This document shows, in pieces, positions 1-7,784 of a DNA stretch of 64,000 bases; position 1 is the stretch's first letter, and every line of letters begins with the position of its first letter. The position numbers and the translations under genes are program-made. The notes under the pieces are model-generated. The model saw only the letters and a program-made list of their open reading frames with translations, ran no database searches and had not been told where the DNA came from. This stretch comes from Methanomassiliicoccales archaeon (GTDB lineage: Archaea > Thermoplasmatota > Thermoplasmata > RBG-16-68-12 > SOIM01): contig JAUVHO010000005.1 in the NCBI GenBank assembly GCA_030593295.1, positions 9,827 to 73,826 of the forward strand. Reading direction: 5' to 3'.

Positions 1-721
1 CGCTGACGTCGTTCACCATTTGGGCACCTAGCTCGATAATCTCCTTTGCGACGATTGGGCGTCGAGTGTCAATCGATATCGGAACGTCTACCTTCTGCAA
101 CAGCCCCTCGACCACTGGCCTTACCCTCTTTAGCTCTTCCTCGGGTGAGACTGGATCTGATCGGGGTCTGGTCGATTCTCCGCCAACGTCAATGATGTCC
201 GCACCTTGCTCGGCCATGTCCACTCCGTGAGCGATCGCTACTTCTGCATCGAAGAACTCCCCACCGTCCGAGAATGAATCGGGTGTGACATTCAGAACAC
301 CCATGACCAAGGTCCGGTCCAATGCGATCTCCTTCTTGGGAAACTTCAGCATAAAGTCTCTCTTGTCATAGTTCTCCAGCACCTCCTCGACCTGGGCAGC
401 GATGTCCTTGCACGTGAAGGGCTGGATCTTCAGCTTATAAATCAGCTTCTCGTACTGGTGGATCGTCCCCAACAGGATCAGGTCAGATTCCCCCACGGAG
501 TGGTCCAGAGTGCCCTTATGAGTCACCGCATCCCCACCGGCCGAGAGCATCTCCTGCTTGATGATGTTCGCTTCCTTGGTTCCGACATTCTCCAATTTAA
601 TCAGCCGCTGGTCCGCCTTCCTTGACATTATCTTTATGCCGGCAGAAGTGCTTCCGACCTTCCTCATCTCCCCCTTGATCTCGTCCCGGCTCCGTATGTC
701 CAGGACCCTTGCGTTGAACAT
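1..721 (-). CDS. folP: dihydropteroate synthase, N-terminal ~240 aa (3' end runs off the window start)
   Basis: Absent from the ORF track because it is truncated. My translation of the minus strand from the ATG at 721-719 gives MFNARVLDIRSRDEIKGEMRKVG...TLVMGVLNVTPDSFSDGGEF...GADIIDVGGESTRP...ISIDTRRP. GVLNVTPDSFSDGG and DVGGESTRP are classic DHPS pterin-binding signatures. Confidence 0.8.
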   Translation of the reverse strand, partial: MFNARVLDIRSRDEIKGEMRKVGSTSAGIKIMSRKADQRLIKLENVGTKEANIIKQEMLSAGGDAVTHKGTLDHSVGESDLILLGTIHQYEKLIYKLKIQPFTCKDIAAQVEEVLENYDKRDFMLKFPKKEIALDRTLVMGVLNVTPDSFSDGGEFFDAEVAIAHGVDMAEQGADIIDVGGESTRPRSDPVSPEEELKRVRPVVEGLLQKVDVPISIDTRRPIVAKEIIELGAQMVNDVS

Positions 722-768
722 CAGAAAGAGGATTGGGAATTCTTGACTTATAGTTTGGGGAAGGATTG

Positions 769-777
769 TTTTTATAT
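769..777 (+). promoter_or_regulatory. TATA-box-like element upstream of thrS
   Basis: TTTTTATAT lies 23-31 nt upstream of the thrS ATG at 800, in the folP/thrS divergent spacer. The spacing fits an archaeal leaderless or short-leader promoter. Confidence 0.4.
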
Positions 778-799
778 CATCATCCGATTTGTGAGTGCA

Positions 800-2641
800 A
801 TGAAACTTCTCCTCATCCATGCTGATTACATGGAGTACGAGGCAAGGCAGCCAACGAAGTTCGCGGAGTCCATTCTGGACGAAGTCAAGAAGGGCAGGAT
901 GGAAGAGGTTCTGGTAGCTTTTACAGCTATCGAGAAACAGGACGAGAAGGACCCTCTGGGCTCAGCGGAGGCTGCCGCTAACGAGATATCTGAGGTGGCC
1001 AAGAAGGTCCAGACGGACAACGTCATGCTATACGCCTACGCGCATCTGAGCCCCTCGCTGGCCAACCCGGACAAGGCGCTGGAGATATTCAGGGAGATCG
1101 AGATCAAGCTCAAGGAACACGAGTTCAACGTCCACAGGTCACCGTTCGGATGGTACAAGTCGTTCAACATCGCCTGCAAGGGCCACCCTCTTTCCGAGCT
1201 GTCCAGAAGCATCGAAGTGGAAGAGAAGGCGGTCACGCGGGAAGAGGTCGTCGAGAAGATAGAGAGCGAGTATTACGTCCTCACGCCGGAAGGGGAAGAA
1301 TACAAGTTCGAACCCGATGAAGTTGAGAAGCTGGAAGTCCTGGACCGATACCCCACGCTGAAGACGTTCGTCTTGGCCGAGGAGGTCAAGGGTCAGCCGA
1401 AAGGGGAGCCGCCAAGCATCAAGGCGATGAGGAGACTTGAGTTGGTAGACTACGAGGAAGCGACCGACTCCGGACACTTCAAGTTCTTTCCCAAGGGTGC
1501 ATTGATATTCAACCTGCTCCGGGAATGGGCAACGTACGTCGCCACCGAGAAGATAGGCGCCATACAGATAGAAACGCCGATAATGTACGACTGGTCATTG
1601 CCGGACATCAGGGGACAGACCGCATCGTTCCATGAGAGGCACTACACGATCGAGACCGAAGATGGAAAGGAGTTCGTCCTCAGGTTCGCCGGCGATTTCG
1701 GGCTGTTCAGGATAATGAAGAACGCCACCATGAGCTACAAGCAGCTTCCGATCAGGGTCTACGAGTTCTCCAAGAGCTTCAGATACGAGCAGAGAGGCGA
1801 GCTTTCGGGTCTCAAGCGGCTTAGAGGGTTCCACATGCCGGACATACACTGCTTCGCGAAGGACCTGGAGCAGGGCTGGGACGAGTTCCAGTGGATACAC
1901 AGGAATTACAGCGACCATGCTGACGGAACTGGGGTGGAGTGGGCTCTGGGATTCAGGATAGTGAAGGAGTTCTACGAGAAGAACAAGGACAAGATAATCG
2001 AGATGCTGAAGTACTCCAAGAGGCCGGCTTTGATCGAGACGCTCTCTGAAGCGAAGCACTACTGGGTTGTCAAGAACGAGCTCCAGGCAATTGACTCGGT
2101 AGGTGGGAACTGCCAATTGGGTACCGTCCAGTTGGACGTGGAGGACGCGGAGAGGTACGGCATCACATATTACGATGAGAAGGGAGAGGCGAAAGGGTGC
2201 ATCATTAATCATTCATCAATAGGTTCGATAGAGAGATGGATCTACGCGATACTGGAAGAGGCATTGAAGAAGGAAAAACCAGAACTTCCTCTTTGGCTGG
2301 CACCCACTCAGATTCGGTTCGTTCCCGTAAGTCAGGAGTTTGTCGAGGACTGCGCCGAGTTGGCCGCCTCGTTGAACGCCAGAGTGGACGTGGATGACAG
2401 GGACGACAGCGTTGGCAAGAAGATCAGAGAGGCCGAGAGGGAATGGGTCAACATGATAATCGTGTACGGTCAGAAGGAGAAGGACGGGGATACCCTGCCG
2501 GTCAGACTGAGGAGCGGAGAAGTGAAGGACCTGCCCTTGGACGAGATCCAACTGATCGTGGAAAAAGAACTCAGGAATAGACCATATAAAGAACTGCCTC
2601 TGCCCATGCTTCTCAGCAAGAGAATTGTTTTCAGGGGTTGA
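800..2641 (+). CDS. thrS: threonyl-tRNA synthetase, archaeal type with N-terminal editing domain
   Basis: ORF 743..2641. The likely start is the ATG at 800 (MKLLLIHADYMEYEA, the archaeal ThrRS editing-domain N-terminus). The class II core shows FRYEQRGELSGLKRLRGFHMPD, and a C-terminal anticodon-binding domain is present. Confidence 0.9.
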   Translation: MKLLLIHADYMEYEARQPTKFAESILDEVKKGRMEEVLVAFTAIEKQDEKDPLGSAEAAANEISEVAKKVQTDNVMLYAYAHLSPSLANPDKALEIFREIEIKLKEHEFNVHRSPFGWYKSFNIACKGHPLSELSRSIEVEEKAVTREEVVEKIESEYYVLTPEGEEYKFEPDEVEKLEVLDRYPTLKTFVLAEEVKGQPKGEPPSIKAMRRLELVDYEEATDSGHFKFFPKGALIFNLLREWATYVATEKIGAIQIETPIMYDWSLPDIRGQTASFHERHYTIETEDGKEFVLRFAGDFGLFRIMKNATMSYKQLPIRVYEFSKSFRYEQRGELSGLKRLRGFHMPDIHCFAKDLEQGWDEFQWIHRNYSDHADGTGVEWALGFRIVKEFYEKNKDKIIEMLKYSKRPALIETLSEAKHYWVVKNELQAIDSVGGNCQLGTVQLDVEDAERYGITYYDEKGEAKGCIINHSSIGSIERWIYAILEEALKKEKPELPLWLAPTQIRFVPVSQEFVEDCAELAASLNARVDVDDRDDSVGKKIREAEREWVNMIIVYGQKEKDGDTLPVRLRSGEVKDLPLDEIQLIVEKELRNRPYKELPLPMLLSKRIVFRG

Positions 2642-2643
2642 GC

Positions 2644-5600
2644 TCAACCTACTACGATCGTCTCGGATGCTATTCCGACCCCACCATCATCGTCAGTGAC
2701 GGTCACGGTAACGACGTAAGTCCCGCTGCCCGCGAATGCATGGAATATCTCGTCCACTATGAGAACCGGGAACAAGCCGCCTGGATTCGGATAATATGCC
2801 GTGGCGTTGGTACCATCGCCAAAGTCCCAGAAGACGGTGATGTCGTCAGAGCCTGGATCGGTTATGGTTGCCTCGAACTTGAGACCGTGTGAGAGTAGTG
2901 TTGCTGTAAGGTCCACATCCCAAACCCATCTGTCCGGGTGGTTCACGTTGAAGTTGTGGTGCAGCCTGACCTCTTCGCCGTCCTCGAACGTCAGTATAAT
3001 CCAGACCGGATTCGCACCGAGCCATTGGCCGTTGATCGGGTCGTCCCAGGGCGTGTATCTGACGATTGCCCCATACGTCTTTGCTATGTCAATCTGGAAC
3101 GTACCTAGATGCAGCATCTGTTCGTTCGGGCTTCCTGGATATCTGGTCACATTGCCTTCTGCAACGAGAATCCCGTCCTCGTACAGTTCAACGACAACAT
3201 CATGCCATTTCTCTCCAGCGACCCTCAGGGAAATGTTCACGCTCAGGGGTATTATCTCCAGCTCCACGGTTGGTGGGACATTGGATACCACAAGCTGGTG
3301 GGCGGTCGTACCGACCCCTCCGTCATCGTCCGTAGCTCTAACAGCAACATCTCCAGAGAAGTCATCTCCCCAAGTGTTCAGAACAGTCTGGCCGGTAGCA
3401 TCCACATCAAAGGTCGAACCGTCGTAATCGAAGTCCCATTCCAGGGTGTGGGTGTCGTATATGCCAGGGTCCGTGACACTTGCCGTGAACTGTACCGTTG
3501 ATCCTTCTGGATAAGGTCCACCAATAACCGATCCATCGCTGCTCTCGCTCGTCCAGTCGGGTGTGGGTGCGACGTTGTAGATCATGACTATGGACACATC
3601 GGTGTCGCTCAGCGGGGCCTCAGGAGGTTCTTCGAGCAACTGGTTTATCCTGAAAGCGAGGTCGAACCAGCCACTGCTCTCGGTGGTGTCCCAACCGACG
3701 CCTTGTCTCCACATCCAGTGTTTCCCGCCGGGGAAGTCGGAACCAGTGCCGCAAATCTCATATTCTCCAATCGGGCTTGCCAGGGGGGCATCCACCTGCA
3801 GGTAGTAGGTCTGACCGGGTGTGACCTGTATATCTGGGAAGTCGAAATCCTCGTACAGCGCCGGATTGTTGAAGCAGCTCTTGGGAAGTTCGTAGAATGC
3901 CTTGGTGGCTTCGGTGAGTACGGGGCCGTCCAGAGTCTCCCTTATGGTGACATGTATGTCGTCTTCGGAGCTCTTTCTGCCGTTGGCCACGACGACCGAC
4001 ACGTAGGCAAGTCCGGTCTCGGTCGGAACGAAAGATTGCGCATGGCTGATGTTCTGGTTAATGAAGGAAGAGAACTGTATCTCCTCATCGTGTTCTATGA
4101 CCTGCCCCGTCTTGTACTCCCTGGCCTCCACCGCTACCTCGCCGACGAAATCGTCGTAGTAGGTGTAGTTGACCATTGGATAGGTTGACCATGCAGTTTC
4201 CCAGGTCCCATCATTGCTGAAATCCCATCTGTACTCCAGCTGGTCACCGTCTGGATCGAATGACCCACTGGCATCGAACAGGACCGCTGAGCCTTCATAG
4301 CCAACATACGGACCATTCGCGTCCGCAACTGGCGGTTGATTGCTCTTGACCTCTATGCTGTCGGTGGCAGTGTCCTGTACCGCCCATTCGCCTGTAGATG
4401 ATGCCGTAACGGTCACGATATCGGTATCGCCCTTGGTCCCCGGTGGAACGACGACAGAGACTATGATCTCATAGCTGCTGTTCTGGAACATTGAAGGTGA
4501 GTTCGAAACCTCTGGTTCTCCGCCATCCAGGATCCCGTCCCCGTCAGTGTCCTCGTAGACCTTGGTGGTCCAGCCCACGTTTGATCTTGCTCTCAGGTCG
4601 AAGACATCCGTCTTACCTATGTTGACAAGCGTGTGAGCGAAGTACAGAGTGGTATCGGGTTCTGTCTCAACCGAATGGTCAGGGAACAGCTCGGGGGGCG
4701 GACTCACCGGCAGAGGCGGTTCGGGTCCGGAGAACATCTCGTAGTCAGCAGCCAGGAAGTAGGTATTGTGAGCGTCCAGACCTATGATCTCGTAGTTCCA
4801 AAGGCCCGCTGAAAGAACGTAACCCACTTGGATGTCCGCTGAGACCGAATCTGAGACTATGAAGTTCTCCCACTCCAAGTTTCCAGATGGATTGGAGTTC
4901 GCGTACTTGTTGCCGTCCGGGTCGGTCACGCGGAAGTAGACGGCAGGCGACACGATAACATCTGGGTCATAATAGGGATTGCCGTCCGGCGGCGCACCCA
5001 AGTTCACGCCTTCTGCCACAGCAGGTCCACTGCCATCCGGATCTGTGTTTGGCGTGTTGGGATCATCGGTGTCGTATTGCCTGTCAACATCTCCGTCCTT
5101 GAAAGTGATGGCGCTCCTGTCCGTTGGGACGTAGAAGTACAGGTCCCAGAAGCCACCGTACGAATTGGCGCCGGGGTCGTTGGTCTCGCCCGGATTGGGG
5201 TCCCCTGAGTCGACCGGAGGATCGTTATCGTTCTGCGGTCCGCCTATGAACGTCACTGACTGGCCATCCCTAACGCTCAGCTGGCCGTCCGTCCTGACCT
5301 TGAACTCGTCGAGCACGCCCGAAGGCGTTCCGCTCTTCCATCCGACCTCCAGACGGTAGAAGTAGTTCCCGCTTGGTGCCTGTGCGGCACTGTCGGTAGA
5401 GAAGAACTGTGTGGTCCAGTCATCGTTGGCCAGATTCGAGCTGGTCCAGCTTGAGAGTAATGTAGAACCTCCAGACTTGAGAGGGTCCTTGTACAGCCAG
5501 TAGCCCATCAGGGCACTGTTGAGGTCCCAATCACCTCCGACGTCTCCGTCGAAGATGCCCAGTTCGAAACTGGTTCTGCCGGCAGGAACACCGATGAACA

Positions 5601-5823
5601 GCTCGATATCCTGTCCACCCAGCGTGTTCAGGCCTGACCCTGCCACAGCCAGGAACCTTCCGTCATCCGGATCGTTGCTTGGCATGGCCGAATAGACCTT
5701 CATCGGAACTCCTCCTTCCCCGAACTGCAGTACAGTATACGGGACCGAGCCGACAACGAACATTAGAACAGTCATCACAGAAAGGCTCTGCTTAGTCAAT
5801 AGAAATAGCTCCCTGCTCCTCAT
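2644..5823 (-). CDS. large secreted/surface protein with PKD repeats
   Basis: 1059-aa ORF with an N-terminal hydrophobic anchor or signal (SLSVMTVLMFVVGSVPYTV). It has PKD-type repeats (FDASGSFDPDGDQLEYRWDFSNDGTWE, LEWDFDYDGSTFD, VFWDFGDGTNATAYYP). Confidence 0.75.
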   Translation of the reverse strand: MRSRELFLLTKQSLSVMTVLMFVVGSVPYTVLQFGEGGVPMKVYSAMPSNDPDDGRFLAVAGSGLNTLGGQDIELFIGVPAGRTSFELGIFDGDVGGDWDLNSALMGYWLYKDPLKSGGSTLLSSWTSSNLANDDWTTQFFSTDSAAQAPSGNYFYRLEVGWKSGTPSGVLDEFKVRTDGQLSVRDGQSVTFIGGPQNDNDPPVDSGDPNPGETNDPGANSYGGFWDLYFYVPTDRSAITFKDGDVDRQYDTDDPNTPNTDPDGSGPAVAEGVNLGAPPDGNPYYDPDVIVSPAVYFRVTDPDGNKYANSNPSGNLEWENFIVSDSVSADIQVGYVLSAGLWNYEIIGLDAHNTYFLAADYEMFSGPEPPLPVSPPPELFPDHSVETEPDTTLYFAHTLVNIGKTDVFDLRARSNVGWTTKVYEDTDGDGILDGGEPEVSNSPSMFQNSSYEIIVSVVVPPGTKGDTDIVTVTASSTGEWAVQDTATDSIEVKSNQPPVADANGPYVGYEGSAVLFDASGSFDPDGDQLEYRWDFSNDGTWETAWSTYPMVNYTYYDDFVGEVAVEAREYKTGQVIEHDEEIQFSSFINQNISHAQSFVPTETGLAYVSVVVANGRKSSEDDIHVTIRETLDGPVLTEATKAFYELPKSCFNNPALYEDFDFPDIQVTPGQTYYLQVDAPLASPIGEYEICGTGSDFPGGKHWMWRQGVGWDTTESSGWFDLAFRINQLLEEPPEAPLSDTDVSIVMIYNVAPTPDWTSESSDGSVIGGPYPEGSTVQFTASVTDPGIYDTHTLEWDFDYDGSTFDVDATGQTVLNTWGDDFSGDVAVRATDDDGGVGTTAHQLVVSNVPPTVELEIIPLSVNISLRVAGEKWHDVVVELYEDGILVAEGNVTRYPGSPNEQMLHLGTFQIDIAKTYGAIVRYTPWDDPINGQWLGANPVWIILTFEDGEEVRLHHNFNVNHPDRWVWDVDLTATLLSHGLKFEATITDPGSDDITVFWDFGDGTNATAYYPNPGGLFPVLIVDEIFHAFAGSGTYVVTVTVTDDDGGVGIASETIVVG

Positions 5824-5939
5824 GTTTATACTCCCCGTTCATCAGGCGAGATGACTGAGCCCACGTCAGCTCCCGCCCTCTATAGTATGGTAGATGAGTT
5901 TACTTGAGTATAATCTTTGTGCATATCCAGTATTGTTTT

Positions 5940-6067
5940 CAAAAAAAAAGAGGGGGGGAGGTAATCGTCACTTGGGATCTCCCGTTCCCAAAAAAAAAGG
6001 GGGGGGAGGAGGTAATTGTGACCAGTGAGTTCCTCTTTCAAAAAAAAGAGGAGGGGTTAATCGTCAT
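5940..6067 (-). repeat. three tandem ~50-bp units, each a poly-C/T plus T8-9 terminator-like tract on the minus strand
   Basis: Plus-strand units are 5940-5971 (C A9 G A G7 AGG TAATCGTCAC), 5989-6022 (C A9 G8 AGGAGG TAATTGTGAC) and 6039-6067 (C A8 GAGGAGGGG TTAATCGTCAT). The ftsZ stop codon (6064-6066) lies inside unit 3. Confidence 0.8.
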
Positions 6068-7122
6068 CTGACTATCGGTATTCCCATCATTTCCTCGTGT
6101 ACCTCGTAGTCCACCAGCCCCACGTTCGGACTGAGGAGGTTTGGCGACTTGACGCCGGTGATTATGGTCATCACCTTGATCACGCCCTCGTACTCCTTGT
6201 CCACGCGGGCGCCGAATATCACGTTGGCGTTCTCGCCCAGGCAGTCGGTTATTCCCCGGATCACCTCGTGCGCCGTTCTAAGGCTGAGGCCCGGTCCTGA
6301 AGTGAGATGTATCAGTGCTCCGTTTGCACCCGTGAAATCGATGTCCAGCAGGGGATTGTTCATGGTCTCCATCACCACCATGTTCGGATCGTCCGCAGCA
6401 TTCTCCGCATACAGCATGGTCGATGTCCCACCCGTGCACATTATCGCCCTCATGTCCGCGAAGTCCAGGTTTATCAAAGAGGGCATGGTTATCGTCTCCG
6501 TGAGGCCCTTGACGACCTCCGATACCAGCTGGTCCATCACGCCGAAAGCCTGATTGACCGGAAGATTGGGTACGATCTCAAGGAGCTTGTTGTTGTCCAG
6601 CACGATGACGCTGTCCGCGCTGTGCCTGAGCTTCTCAAGTCCATGGTTCGCCCTTGCGATCCTTGATCGTTCCACTGTGAACGGGGTGCTCGCGATAGCC
6701 ACGACCACGGCTCTTGACCTCCTGGCCAGCTGGGCCACGTAGGGCGCCAGACCGGTTCCGGTCCCACCGCCCATTCCGACGGTGATGAACACGAGGTCCG
6801 CGCCGGAGATCACCTTCTTCAACTCATCATCGGACTGTTCAGCGCATTTCAGTCCCACATCCGGCAACCCGCCGCATCCCAGACCTCTGGTGATCGATCC
6901 ACCTATCAGCAGCTTGTTGTCGACTCGCATCCGGTCCAGATGAGCCTTGTCAGTGTTGATGGCGTACGTCTCCGCTCCGTGAACTCCCATCTTGGAAAGA
7001 CGGTTCACACTGTTGCTACCAGCTCCGCCGCATCCCACCACGATGATCCTGGGAGAGCGATAGCCTAACGACTCGTCATCGTTGAATTCCTTCGTTTCAT
7101 GGAGCAAGTGTTCAAATCCCAT
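6064..7122 (-). CDS. ftsZ: cell division GTPase FtsZ (FtsZ2-like by synteny with an RHH gene)
   Basis: ORF 6064..7170. The likely start is M17 (MGFEHLL) at 7122. The tubulin signature GMGGGTGTG is present, along with VVGCGGAGSNSV and NTDKAHL. Confidence 0.9.
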   Translation of the reverse strand: MGFEHLLHETKEFNDDESLGYRSPRIIVVGCGGAGSNSVNRLSKMGVHGAETYAINTDKAHLDRMRVDNKLLIGGSITRGLGCGGLPDVGLKCAEQSDDELKKVISGADLVFITVGMGGGTGTGLAPYVAQLARRSRAVVVAIASTPFTVERSRIARANHGLEKLRHSADSVIVLDNNKLLEIVPNLPVNQAFGVMDQLVSEVVKGLTETITMPSLINLDFADMRAIMCTGGTSTMLYAENAADDPNMVVMETMNNPLLDIDFTGANGALIHLTSGPGLSLRTAHEVIRGITDCLGENANVIFGARVDKEYEGVIKVMTIITGVKSPNLLSPNVGLVDYEVHEEMMGIPIVR

Positions 7123-7225
7123 CTTCCATCCCTCGAAACGTGCTAGATCGGTGCGCGGGCACCGCTCCATGCGTGCATCCCATAGGATTGATCTCTCAAT
7201 CCCCCTTCGAGGCTAACTTCCCTTT

Positions 7226-7570
7226 TTACTCGAGATTCTCCATCGCCTTTGAGAGCCGTCTCCGGACGTATTCTCGCACTGCGTTGCGTATGGCGTCTTC
7301 CACCGAGACCGAATCTCCCTTCTGAACCAGTTCCTGGAGATCCACCACGTTGCCCTTAGGAAGCTCGATCGTCATCTTCTTGATGTATTCGGGTGCGAAC
7401 TGAGCTTCGATGAAGGTATCAATCGCGGCTCGGACAGCATCGGATAGTGTAGAGTATTCCCCGTTCTTGACTAGATGCTGGAGTGCGTCCACTGTTTCAA
7501 TTGGTATTCTGACTGTAACACGCTCTGTGTCCGATGCCATCTCTTTCCCAGCATTGACTATGTCAGACAT
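7226..7570 (-). CDS. single-chain tandem ribbon-helix-helix protein (CdrS-like position upstream of ftsZ)
   Basis: ORF 7226..7681, with the likely start at the internal ATG at 7570 (MSDIVNAG). There are two consecutive RHH units: RVTVRIPIETVDALQHLVKNGEYSTLSDAVRAAIDTFI and KMTIELPKGNVVDLQELVQKGDSVSVEDAIRNAVREYV. It is co-oriented with ftsZ, about 100 nt upstream of it. Confidence 0.7.
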   Translation of the reverse strand: MSDIVNAGKEMASDTERVTVRIPIETVDALQHLVKNGEYSTLSDAVRAAIDTFIEAQFAPEYIKKMTIELPKGNVVDLQELVQKGDSVSVEDAIRNAVREYVRRRLSKAMENLE

Positions 7571-7622
7571 TTCTTTCTGTTTTGTCTGACAAATGTCGGT
7601 ATAGCGTCTGACATATATAAAG
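7561..7622 (-). promoter_or_regulatory. promoter (TATA) plus three phased TGTCNGACA operator-like dyads
   Basis: The dyads are tgtcagaca at 7561-7569 (overlapping the start codon at 7568-7570), tgtctgaca at 7583-7591 and cgtctgaca at 7605-7613, exactly 22 bp apart. The minus strand reads AACCTTTATATATG at 7611-7624, a BRE/TATA-like element. Confidence 0.6.
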
Positions 7623-7784
7623 GTTTTGGACTCTCGGTCAGAGGTTGTAATCGCAAAGATTGTTACATTGAACCATGGCAAAACTTAACAGTATTGTTCC
7701 TGATACTGGTACCATCATCCTTAAGTGAATCTGACCCGGATGATGGGCAGTTCTGGCATCGGACTGTCGAAGGAGAGAGCTGGA

